Source: a virus. Taken from it: 64,000 bases of DNA. The notes beneath the pieces were generated by a model. The model saw only the letters and a list, made by a program, of their open reading frames with translations. It was not told where the DNA came from and did no database searches. Each line of letters starts with the position of its first letter. Positions within the stretch are counted from its first letter, which is position 1. The stretch is from IMG/VR virus record IMGVR_UViG_3300031991_000033, one strand, 5' to 3'. The position numbers and the translations under genes were made by a program. Shown piece by piece: positions 10,157 through 18,708 of the stretch.

Positions 10157-10684
10157 ATGCCATCAACATTTAAGTCATTCTTAGAGAATTGGGATGATTT
10201 CTTTGACGTTGATGCTTGGCAGGCAGAGCGTGATGCACGAGGCGAGGTTGTTGACCGCCAGCCTAACTCTGAACGAGGACAATTGCGTCTTTATCACGGG
10301 TTCAATAGAGACCCACAAACTTTCAACTACGAATTTGATCCCAGCAAGTCTGAACAAGGTATGCTGTGGTTCACACACAATATGATCCGTGGATACGACC
10401 CTTACGAATACGCTTCGTCTAAGGGTCGTTTCGTTTTGACATACATTCTGGATATCGAGAAAAGGTCTGAAAAGGTAACATATCAAAACGGCAAGTCGGA
10501 ATACATTGTGCCAGAGGATATGAGGGAATTAGCAATACCTACTTCTAATAGCAGGTACATGGTGTCGTTTGATCATCTGATTGTTTTGCCAGAAGGTTGG
10601 TTCTTCACATACAAAACCGAAAAATTCATAGGCACAACACAAATCATTCACGCCAGCCCAAGTATGGTGAGCGAGGTTGGGTAA
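10157..10684 (+). CDS. hypothetical protein, possible ADP-ribosyltransferase-like fold, capsid-targeting-like N-terminus
   Basis: MPSTFKSFLE start; LRLYHG...GMLWFT pattern recalls ART strands 1-2. Confidence 0.55.
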   Translation: MPSTFKSFLENWDDFFDVDAWQAERDARGEVVDRQPNSERGQLRLYHGFNRDPQTFNYEFDPSKSEQGMLWFTHNMIRGYDPYEYASSKGRFVLTYILDIEKRSEKVTYQNGKSEYIVPEDMRELAIPTSNSRYMVSFDHLIVLPEGWFFTYKTEKFIGTTQIIHASPSMVSEVG

Positions 10685-11703
10685 TGAAAACTTTTACACA
10701 ATGGTTGGAGAACGTTCAATCATCCGTCCAAGTAGATGATCGAGAGTTTCGCAGCGAGATGCAAGAAGCTGCGAAGCAGATGATTTACTTGATGCACGAC
10801 CGTGCAGAAAAGGTTCGTGCTTTTCAACCAGAACAGTATTTACAAAAGTTGAAACAAGAGTTGTCGGGATATCCCGGTTTGAACCAACTTCTGCAAGCAC
10901 TCCAATCAAAGCAAATGCAGGCGATCTTTGATCAACAAACAAAACTCCGTGATTGGATTATGCAACAAGATTACCGGGCGACATTGCATCTACGAGACAT
11001 TTCCAGAGACATTTTTACCTACCTTGATTCATTAGATCAAAATCAAGAAGTTGATGAATCTGGTATTCAACAGCTAGTGCAACAAGCTGTTCAAGGAACT
11101 ATAGAACACATGGCTGGTATCAAAGCCATGATCGAAGAAGCTATCAGTCGTATTACAAACTGGAACGGCTCGCCCGTTACAATCAAACCCGCTTCGCATA
11201 GTAGCGAGTTTGGCGGCGGCGTTGATATTTCGCCAACTTCTAGTGCTTTGGTTTATACCGGACGTGGGGAATATGCTCCATACTTTTCATTATTCCAAGA
11301 TTTAGACGATTACGAAGGCATCGTAATTGATGATGTTCTTGAAGGTGGAGATGACGACTTTTTTCAATCTCCGCAAATGCAGGCTGACTACTTTTCTTTG
11401 ATTGGCGAGTTGCGTAACCCCGGTAGCACAAACAAAGGTAAGGTACTGACTTTGTACACCGCCAGACCGAAGAGTGATCGGGAAGATTTCATGCAACGTA
11501 GAACATTGCCAACCAATGTGTTTTTGGCGAATAACTATGATCATGTGGAAGGCTTGGCACACGATCTTTCCAGTGGTGAGCCAAGAGATGTTTGGAAGGT
11601 CAGGATTGACAGCCGGTATCTTACACAAACCCTAGATGGACCGATTAAGTATTACCAAATCACCGCTCAGAATGCACCAGTCTTGAAGTTGGAACTCCTT
11701 TAG
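10684..11703 (+). CDS. hypothetical protein with capsid-targeting-like N-terminus
   Basis: MKTFTQWLE start, coupled to the upstream stop (TAATG). Confidence 0.7.
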   Translation: MKTFTQWLENVQSSVQVDDREFRSEMQEAAKQMIYLMHDRAEKVRAFQPEQYLQKLKQELSGYPGLNQLLQALQSKQMQAIFDQQTKLRDWIMQQDYRATLHLRDISRDIFTYLDSLDQNQEVDESGIQQLVQQAVQGTIEHMAGIKAMIEEAISRITNWNGSPVTIKPASHSSEFGGGVDISPTSSALVYTGRGEYAPYFSLFQDLDDYEGIVIDDVLEGGDDDFFQSPQMQADYFSLIGELRNPGSTNKGKVLTLYTARPKSDREDFMQRRTLPTNVFLANNYDHVEGLAHDLSSGEPRDVWKVRIDSRYLTQTLDGPIKYYQITAQNAPVLKLELL

Positions 11704-11709
11704 TGTAAG

Positions 11710-12153
11710 ATGAAACTTCCAGACTTTGTAATCGAAAGGTTTCACATGTTCAATAAATGGCTTAAAAAACGAGAAGTTCCGCAAGAACCACAGCTTCCCA
11801 CGACATTTGAAGAAGCTGCACAGTTTGTCGCAGATCGCATCGAAGCTGACACGGTTCAGCAACCAATGTTTCACATGACGGGAGGAATGGCGGTACGTAA
11901 CTCTCTTGGTTTATGGGATAAAGAAAGCCCCTTGCATAAGCACATGAAGGAGAGATTCGGCTTGTGCCATGCCGACGATACAGGGAGTTTAATCACAAAT
12001 GCTGCACATGCTATCAAGAACGGTCAAGAATACGATCCGCAGGCTGACATCGAGCGTTTCAAGAAGCATTGGCTCTTTATGGGTTACGATCCTGCCACTA
12101 TGGAAAAGATCGGCGACACCCCAGACAGTTTCACAATCGTCGTCACCCGTTGA
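11710..12153 (+). CDS. conserved hypothetical protein
   Basis: GMAVRNSLGLW...HADD pattern; 147-aa ORF. Confidence 0.7.
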   Translation: MKLPDFVIERFHMFNKWLKKREVPQEPQLPTTFEEAAQFVADRIEADTVQQPMFHMTGGMAVRNSLGLWDKESPLHKHMKERFGLCHADDTGSLITNAAHAIKNGQEYDPQADIERFKKHWLFMGYDPATMEKIGDTPDSFTIVVTR

Positions 12154-12361
12154 ATTTACACGCATCAGTATCCCTCTGGTGCGTCGAATTTACCCACAGC
12201 TTATAGCAAGTCAAATTATAGAAGTTCAACCCTTACAAGGTCCAACCTCTTTAATTTACTACTTGCGACATCAATACTCAACCAATAGCGGCGGTCGTCG
12301 TGTACTCGCACATACCGTAGAAAAACCGGAAGACGTGGATTGGGTTAAGGAAGGATTCTGA
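12149..12361 (+). CDS. MCP N-terminal fragment paralog ending WVKEGF (start codon uncertain)
   Basis: 33/44 aa identical to MCP residues 63-106; ends EDVDWVKEGF*; the nearest in-frame ATGs (11999, 12008) lie inside the upstream gene. Confidence 0.75.
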   Translation, partial: VEFTRISIPLVRRIYPQLIASQIIEVQPLQGPTSLIYYLRHQYSTNSGGRRVLAHTVEKPEDVDWVKEGF

Positions 12362-12609
12362 TGACCAATCCGTTTCACCCGGAAATTGAGTTGAATATCG
12401 AAACAACTGTGATCCGTGCTCAACGCCGCAAGTTAAAAGCGACGTGGACGATGGATGTGGAGATTGTCCGACCCGATCCCGCCACCATTGAAGCTCTTAC
12501 AAGAATTGTACTCGACGAATGGAACGCTACCGTGGAAAATATGACCCAAGGTTACGTAACCATATTTGACGAAGAGTACCTTGATGAATGGGTCAAGGAG
12601 GGCTTCTGA
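12361..12609 (+). CDS. MCP mid-region fragment paralog ending WVKEGF
   Basis: PEIELNIETTVIRAQRRKLKATW vs MCP 256-278 (12/23 identical); TGATG coupling; ends DEWVKEGF*. Confidence 0.8.
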   Translation: MTNPFHPEIELNIETTVIRAQRRKLKATWTMDVEIVRPDPATIEALTRIVLDEWNATVENMTQGYVTIFDEEYLDEWVKEGF

Positions 12610-12944
12610 TGTCTTATGCCGATCCAATAGACCCTAATGAACGACCACATTACAACAACCGTGGGATAATTACGAGGTATGCCCCTAAGTTGTTGAAAGA
12701 TGCGGCGAAGTTCTATTCAAGAATAGAAATACGCAACAATCCCAACCCGCCACAGCCGAATCTCAACAACGACATATTTCCCGTCCGTGCGAATGATTTT
12801 ATAGACGCTGGCTACATCTTCACACCTTATGTGCCGTTGATGAGTACACCGCCAGTTTTAGACCCCGATTACATGTCACGTCGGGTGGAACGAGTTGAAG
12901 TTGAAAAAGCGGAAGATGTTGATTGGGTCAAGGAAGGATTCTAA
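12609..12944 (+). CDS. MCP C-terminal fragment paralog (segments swapped) ending WVKEGF
   Basis: matches MCP 460-485 (15/26) and then MCP 430-454 (14/25); ends EDVDWVKEGF*. Confidence 0.8.
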   Translation: MSYADPIDPNERPHYNNRGIITRYAPKLLKDAAKFYSRIEIRNNPNPPQPNLNNDIFPVRANDFIDAGYIFTPYVPLMSTPPVLDPDYMSRRVERVEVEKAEDVDWVKEGF

Positions 12945-12945
12945 A

Positions 12946-13209
12946 ATGTATACACAAACAGAAGAGTGGACAAGATATGGATATTTTGGACGATGTAACA
13001 CTTGTGGATGCGTTGGTGTTAGAGAGTTTACCTTTCACAAAGGTCAACAAGTTTGGTGTGATGTTTGTCGTGATGTAACAAGTAGAAAAATGGGTGTCGC
13101 CCTGCCTTACCAAAGAGAAGAATTATGTACCCATCAACCGGAAGACTCCACTATGACCTCGATACCGAAGGCTATCATCGCTTGGCTGTACAATGTGATC
13201 AAGGTCTAG
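12946..13209 (+). CDS. small Zn-ribbon protein
   Basis: CNTC...CDVC; ATG 2 nt after the upstream stop; 85-nt overlap with the next gene. Confidence 0.55.
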   Translation: MYTQTEEWTRYGYFGRCNTCGCVGVREFTFHKGQQVWCDVCRDVTSRKMGVALPYQREELCTHQPEDSTMTSIPKAIIAWLYNVIKV

Positions 13210-13529
13210 CAGATTGCTACCGCAGTCTGATCCCCAAATACTACAATGCTAAGCGTCCCCGCTATCCCGCCCATATCACTGTTGTGCGTTCGTATAAAGA
13301 GATACCGCCTAATCTTGAACCTTGGGGCAAATACCAAGGCGAGAAGATTGAGTGGTTCTACGAGCCAGTGATTCGGATGGGTACAACCTACTTTTGGCTC
13401 AACGCATTGTGTAATAGACTGGAAGATATCAGAATCGAGCTTGGGCTTCCAGTGCGTAGTGAGTATACTAGACCGCCCGAAGGATTCAGGAAATACTTTC
13501 ACATGACAATCGCCAATATGAAGGATTAA
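13125..13529 (+). CDS. 2H phosphoesterase-family protein
   Basis: two HxT motifs (AHITV, FHMTI) about 77 aa apart. Confidence 0.75.
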   Translation: MYPSTGRLHYDLDTEGYHRLAVQCDQGLADCYRSLIPKYYNAKRPRYPAHITVVRSYKEIPPNLEPWGKYQGEKIEWFYEPVIRMGTTYFWLNALCNRLEDIRIELGLPVRSEYTRPPEGFRKYFHMTIANMKD

Positions 13530-13532
13530 GTA

Positions 13533-13940
13533 ATGGATTACTGTCTAGGTTTCGTTTTCGATCCCAAAAAAGAAAACGTCTTGTTGTTAAAGAAAGCCCG
13601 TCCAGAATGGCAGGCTGGCTTATTCAATGGTGTTGGCGGAAAGATAGAGTCCGATGAGACTCCGCTCGACGCCATGATCCGTGAATTTGAGGAAGAGACC
13701 GGTTACGAGAATCTCGATTGGGGGTATTTCATCGAGATGTACGGTCACGATTGGAGAGTGTACTGCTACAAATCTCAACTACCCTTGAAAGTGTTGATTG
13801 AGATTTGTGGCAATACAAAAGACGCCGAAGAGCCATGTAAACTATTCAGTCCGCAAAACTTGAGCGGCACGATTTCAAATTTGCACTGGCTGATACCGAT
13901 GGCGTTAGACGACATCAGTTACAATTTTGAAAGGACATAA
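13533..13940 (+). CDS. NUDIX hydrolase
   Basis: GGKIESDETPLDAMIREFEEETG Nudix box. Confidence 0.92.
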   Translation: MDYCLGFVFDPKKENVLLLKKARPEWQAGLFNGVGGKIESDETPLDAMIREFEEETGYENLDWGYFIEMYGHDWRVYCYKSQLPLKVLIEICGNTKDAEEPCKLFSPQNLSGTISNLHWLIPMALDDISYNFERT

Positions 13941-14714
13941 ATGAGTGTCCAAGAATGGCTAGGGTGTGACGATCATCAACCTCACATTACCGTAAAGAGC
14001 GGTCACATTCGCAACGAGACGGTTCTCGAATTTGGCGGCGATTTCAGCAAAACCATAGAGTATACATTCAACTCTTATGGTTTTCGTTGCAAAGAATTGA
14101 GTCGTAGTGGTCTAATTTCGGTAGGGTGTAGTATTTGTTGTGGTGTTGGGGTGAGAGAAAACGAAAGGGTGTCCGCAAAACTAGCCAATCATCTAAATCT
14201 CGAAGACTATAACATAGCGTTTCCGGGGAAGAGTATTGACTATTGTTTTAGGATGCTTGATTGGGCGGTGCCGCTATTCCTTCCAAAATTTGTATTCATC
14301 CAAGCACCAGCGGATTCACGAAGAGAACACATTGATGAGTTCGGTGCTTACGATTTTGTTCCTAATGGCACACCGATTTTTGACGGCGAACGGCAACGAG
14401 TTTTCCAAGAATATCGAGACGGTTATTCCAAAATCTATAACGCACACCAAAACGCCATACACTTCTACCAAAAATGCCGAGCCATCGAACACTTGCTGGA
14501 ACGGTATAAAATTCCGTGGTTGATGCTCTTGCCAAAGAAACTCACAGAAGACGTTGCTCAGTTAATGCAAAAAAACCCTCGATACGTGAAGCTCGTAGGC
14601 TCCATTGACCTAGGGTCCGATAATGGTCATCCGGGACCAGAGTCTCATGCACTCTGGACAGAAGGTTTAATTCAGATGCTTACGAAGCATCATTTATCGA
14701 AAGGACAAATATGA
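13941..14714 (+). CDS. SGNH/GDSL-like hydrolase-fold protein
   Basis: NSYGFR, GCS, NIAFPG and D.GHPG motifs. Confidence 0.65.
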   Translation: MSVQEWLGCDDHQPHITVKSGHIRNETVLEFGGDFSKTIEYTFNSYGFRCKELSRSGLISVGCSICCGVGVRENERVSAKLANHLNLEDYNIAFPGKSIDYCFRMLDWAVPLFLPKFVFIQAPADSRREHIDEFGAYDFVPNGTPIFDGERQRVFQEYRDGYSKIYNAHQNAIHFYQKCRAIEHLLERYKIPWLMLLPKKLTEDVAQLMQKNPRYVKLVGSIDLGSDNGHPGPESHALWTEGLIQMLTKHHLSKGQI

Positions 14715-15166
14715 CAATTTCATTCCCAGCACTCGAAGAGAACGGAGAAACAAAAGCTTGGTGGCTCAACAATGGTGCCTTCTGGTTTACAGATGGCGAC
14801 TTCCAACTTGAGTTGATGCCAAGCGAATGTAACATCTTAGCTGAAGAAGGTGCCAAGCATCTTGGCTCAGAAGAACCAGTGCAAATTTGGGAAGCCAAAG
14901 ATTTGATCAGACCGGGTTTGTTTGTAACCACCGCTGATTACAAAGCGGAGATCGTGGGCGACGAGCTACACGTTGAAGAGACGGGCGGGATGAGCCGCAT
15001 GTTTGGTCAAAACATTTCCAAGAAGCACACGGTTAAATTCGACCGTTTCTTGACTCTCCTTCGGGCTTGTTACGGTGAGAAGGAGAGTCTACAAGACGGT
15101 ATGATTTCGCCACTCATGGGTGCTGTTTGTTTACAAGGCGAGAAGGATACGAAGTGCCCGGTTTAG
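14711..15166 (+). CDS. hypothetical protein
   Basis: ATGA coupling; AAAGGA RBS. Confidence 0.7.
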   Translation: MTISFPALEENGETKAWWLNNGAFWFTDGDFQLELMPSECNILAEEGAKHLGSEEPVQIWEAKDLIRPGLFVTTADYKAEIVGDELHVEETGGMSRMFGQNISKKHTVKFDRFLTLLRACYGEKESLQDGMISPLMGAVCLQGEKDTKCPV

Positions 15167-15519
15167 GCGTTCTTCCACTCTTCGCCTTCTTCATCTTCAC
15201 CTTCGACCTCAACGATCATTCCCTTGACCCAACGTCCAGACTCAAGAGAGAAGTTCTCAAGCTCTGACGTGCGGACGAAGAATTTGATCTGGGTTTCGCC
15301 GAGCGGCGTTCCCATAAGTGCATCGAAAAGGAATCCAGCCGAGCCGACAAAACAGATCGGCTCGAAGTTGGTCTCGATTACGCCGTCGTAGCTTCGAGAC
15401 TTGACCCGTTGGATCGGTCGTTTATTCTCCCACATGTCGTAGGCGTTGATGAGCAAAGCTTCACGCAACTGCTCTGTGACGGGGAGACCGCTGGTCATGA
15501 TGCAATAGATACCGTGCAT
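15163..15519 (-). CDS. hypothetical protein
   Basis: GGAGG RBS before MHGIYC; convergent stop overlap. Confidence 0.65.
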   Translation of the reverse strand: MHGIYCIMTSGLPVTEQLREALLINAYDMWENKRPIQRVKSRSYDGVIETNFEPICFVGSAGFLFDALMGTPLGETQIKFFVRTSELENFSLESGRWVKGMIVEVEGEDEEGEEWKNA

Positions 15520-15591
15520 TTTTGAACCTCCACAAACAACAGAAGAAGTGTGTACCATCATATTGTACGCACTTCTTCTGTTTTGTAAAAG

Positions 15592-15999
15592 CTAGACCAA
15601 CTTCCAAAAATTGTTTTCTTCGGTGATCAAATTGCCATTCCAAAGTTGCATCAACACAACACCCAGAGGGACACCGAATTCATGAGCCATCATGTCGAGT
15701 CTCAAGAGCGTCGGCGGCAGTAGTGCGTTCAAAGCATCCATTGCCTGAATGTCTTGCTTCTCGGCTCTTTCAACCAAGACCTTCTGTTGGTCGAAGTCAT
15801 GAATAGCCGGTAGGACTTCTTCAACAATTGGTTTCACGATGTCCAACTCAGGACAGAGATATTTCCATCTCTGCATCAAGTTGTCCAAGTCGTTCTGGTT
15901 TTTGCAGGCACGGAGTTCTTCTCCGTACTGCGATGCTTCCGTGTAGTGGTTGATCTTTAGACCACCGGGGAAGAGATGTGATTCTTTGTACTCGTTCAT
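15592..15999 (-). CDS. hypothetical protein
   Basis: MNEYKES start, coupled to the stop of 15996..16232. Confidence 0.65.
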   Translation of the reverse strand: MNEYKESHLFPGGLKINHYTEASQYGEELRACKNQNDLDNLMQRWKYLCPELDIVKPIVEEVLPAIHDFDQQKVLVERAEKQDIQAMDALNALLPPTLLRLDMMAHEFGVPLGVVLMQLWNGNLITEENNFWKLV

Positions 16000-16232
16000 G
16001 TTTGTTTGTTTTTCGGGATTTGACAGGTTGTGAAGTAACACCACAAGAATCGATAACCAACCCAATCACCGGGTTTGCTTCCGCTATACATCTTGGGTGC
16101 GGCTTTGAAAAGCCACTCTTTGAAGTAGTGAACCCAGAGTTTGGGTGCTCGCCAGAGGTAGCTCATCTTCTCAGGCAAGATGAGCATAAAGGCACTAGAG
16201 CGTTTCTTGGTTTTTCGCTTCCAGACGATCAT
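15996..16232 (-). CDS. small basic/aromatic hypothetical protein
   Basis: ATGA coupling at both ends (gyrA stop and next gene start). Confidence 0.5.
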   Translation of the reverse strand: MIVWKRKTKKRSSAFMLILPEKMSYLWRAPKLWVHYFKEWLFKAAPKMYSGSKPGDWVGYRFLWCYFTTCQIPKNKQT

Positions 16233-18700
16233 ACCTTCTCCGCTTCTTCAACCGTTAGCTTGACCACCGAATCCATGCTGTCGAGCTTGACGATCTTAAC
16301 GCCCATCGTGGTTCGACCAGTGTTCCGAATGTCGCCCTCGCCAAGTCGAATGCACTTGCCTGAACTGGTCATCACCAGAAGCGTGTCACCTTTATCGACA
16401 CAGCAGGCACCAGCCAGCTTGCCGTTCTTGATGATACCCTTCTTGTTCATCACCGAGTAGCCTTTGACGTTGCGGCTACCCAACTTCTTGTATTCGTCGG
16501 ACGAGGTTTTCTTGCCAAGACCACCAGTGGTCACAACCAAGATGTCAGGCACCGATTTTGGATCAACCGTCATCACCTGAACCACTCGGTCGTCTTTGTC
16601 CAACTTCATTGCAGAGGAACCACGTGTTCCTCGACCTTGAGTTGGGATGATACTTTCAGCATATCGAACACATCGTCCATTTGCAGTAACGATGAAGATG
16701 TCCTTGTTGCCCTTGGACAAGAAGGCGAATGCTACTTCATCGTCGTCCACAAGCTTGACGCCCTTGATGCCAGCGTTCTTGCGGCTGGTGTCGTATTCGG
16801 CAATGTCGGTCTTCTTGATGTAACCGTTCTTGGTCACGACCACCAAGAAGCCACGTTGATTGACACTCTTCACTGCAACCATGTTTGTAACATGTTCGCC
16901 ATCCGACAAGCTGAGTAGGTTGCTCACGTGCAATCCCTTGCCTGTCTTGGAAGACTGTGGAACTTCGAACGCACGGCGTTGGTACACGATACCTTTGTTC
17001 GTGAAGAACAAGACGTGATCTTTGCTGTGCATTTCAAACATCTCAGTGATGTTCTCTGGGTCAGCGTTTTTACCAACGCCTTTCGCACCAGTGCCGCCAC
17101 GACCTTGAATCCTGTATTCTTTAACCGGAATGCTGCGAACGTAGCCTTCACCGGTCAAAGACACCACGAGGTTCTCGTCAGGGATCAGGTCTTCGTCAGC
17201 AATCTCGCTGGCATCCAAGGCGAGAGAAGTACGACGGTCATCGCCAATCTTCTTGGAAATATCGTCGAGTTCCTTCACGACAACCTTGAGCAATTCCTTC
17301 TCGCTACCAAGAACTTTGTCAAGCCACTTGATGCGTTCGTTCAAGTTGTCTCGTTCTGCGAGAAGCTTGTCGCTTTCCAGACGAGTCAACTGTCGCAAGG
17401 TGATGGCAAGAACGGCTTTCGCCTGTTCCAAAGTTTGTACAAACTTCTTCTTGATCAATCCTTGTTCGGCGTCTTCCGGTGAATCGGACGCACGGATCAA
17501 GGCAATCACTGCGTCGATCTTATCGGTGATACCGATCAAACCTTCAAGGATGTGAACTCGCTTCTTGGCGGACTCCAACTCAGCATTGAACTTGTTGGTC
17601 AAGATCACCTTGCGGTGGTCCACGAAAGCTTTGACGAGCGTAAGGATCGGTGCGTCTGGCACCACCTTACCATCAATCAGCACGGTACAGTTGACCGAGA
17701 CCGTCTTGCGAAGACATGTGTGTTTGAGAAGTTGGTTGAGAATTAGGCTGGCATTGCCGCCTTTGGCAACTTCAATCACGACACGGATGCCTGTCTTCTT
17801 AGAAGACAGGTTCTTCAAGTCGGCAAGACCTTCCAGCTTGTTCTTTTCTCCATCGACGAGTTTCTCAACGTCAATGCAGAATTGTGCGGGACTTGTTTGG
17901 TAAGGCAACTCGGTGACAATGATTTCAGACTTGCCACCTTTGTGCTTGACGATCTCGTAGTTGCCTTCGCACTTGATGGTTCCGTGACCGGTGGTGTAGT
18001 ATTCGAGTACACCGTCTTGGCTAAGAATCTTGTCACCAGTCGGGAAGTCTGGACCGGGCATCAGGTTGAGAACTTCTTTTGGTGTAATCTTCTTGGGGTT
18101 CTCAATGAATGCCTTGATGACATCGATCACTTCACGCAAATTATGCGGAAGCATTTTGGTCGCCCAACCAACAGCAATACCTTCACAGCCATTCACCAAC
18201 AAGTTGGGGATAGCACTTGGAAGGATTGTTGGCTCTTCTCGTTTTTCGTTGTAGTTGGGGACATAAGGTACGCATTTGTCAGAAAGGTCGGCGAGCATTG
18301 CCGATCCAAACTGAGAAAGTTTTGCTTCGGTGTAACGCATGGCGGCTGGCGGATCACCGTCAACGTTTCCGAAGTTACCTTGACCTAGCACCAGTGGATA
18401 ACGCATCACCCAAGGTTGCACAAGGCGATACATGGTCGGGTAAACGACCGCTTCGCCGTGAGGGTGATAGTTACCACTGGTGTCGCCGCAGATTTTAGCA
18501 CTTTTTTCAGTGCTTGAACCGGGCGAGAGTTTGAGATCGTTCATCGCAACAAGGACACGGCGTTGCGATGGTTTCAGACCGTCACGTGCGTCTGGAAGGG
18601 CACGATCTTCCAGAGACATGAAGGCGTATTGTGTGAACCGCCCGTCCAGAACTTCGGAGAACGGCTCCGTTACCATATTTGTATCGAGTGTTTCAGTCAT
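16229..18700 (-). CDS. gyrA: DNA gyrase subunit A
   Basis: RALPDARDGLKPSQRR, YHPHG, catalytic AAMRYTE, GPDFPTG, GyrA-box-like QGRGGTG and beta-pinwheel CTD repeats. Confidence 0.95.
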   Translation of the reverse strand: MTETLDTNMVTEPFSEVLDGRFTQYAFMSLEDRALPDARDGLKPSQRRVLVAMNDLKLSPGSSTEKSAKICGDTSGNYHPHGEAVVYPTMYRLVQPWVMRYPLVLGQGNFGNVDGDPPAAMRYTEAKLSQFGSAMLADLSDKCVPYVPNYNEKREEPTILPSAIPNLLVNGCEGIAVGWATKMLPHNLREVIDVIKAFIENPKKITPKEVLNLMPGPDFPTGDKILSQDGVLEYYTTGHGTIKCEGNYEIVKHKGGKSEIIVTELPYQTSPAQFCIDVEKLVDGEKNKLEGLADLKNLSSKKTGIRVVIEVAKGGNASLILNQLLKHTCLRKTVSVNCTVLIDGKVVPDAPILTLVKAFVDHRKVILTNKFNAELESAKKRVHILEGLIGITDKIDAVIALIRASDSPEDAEQGLIKKKFVQTLEQAKAVLAITLRQLTRLESDKLLAERDNLNERIKWLDKVLGSEKELLKVVVKELDDISKKIGDDRRTSLALDASEIADEDLIPDENLVVSLTGEGYVRSIPVKEYRIQGRGGTGAKGVGKNADPENITEMFEMHSKDHVLFFTNKGIVYQRRAFEVPQSSKTGKGLHVSNLLSLSDGEHVTNMVAVKSVNQRGFLVVVTKNGYIKKTDIAEYDTSRKNAGIKGVKLVDDDEVAFAFLSKGNKDIFIVTANGRCVRYAESIIPTQGRGTRGSSAMKLDKDDRVVQVMTVDPKSVPDILVVTTGGLGKKTSSDEYKKLGSRNVKGYSVMNKKGIIKNGKLAGACCVDKGDTLLVMTSSGKCIRLGEGDIRNTGRTTMGVKIVKLDSMDSVVKLTVEEAEKV

Positions 18701-18708
18701 TGTTCCCC

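Noticed and set aside
12149-12944. CRISPR-like array or DGR template made of capsid-derived pieces between repeats
   Set aside because: The repeats are conserved as peptide rather than DNA, the units are 210-340 nt ORFs, differences from the MCP gene are synonymous rather than adenine-specific, and no cas or reverse transcriptase gene is in the window.
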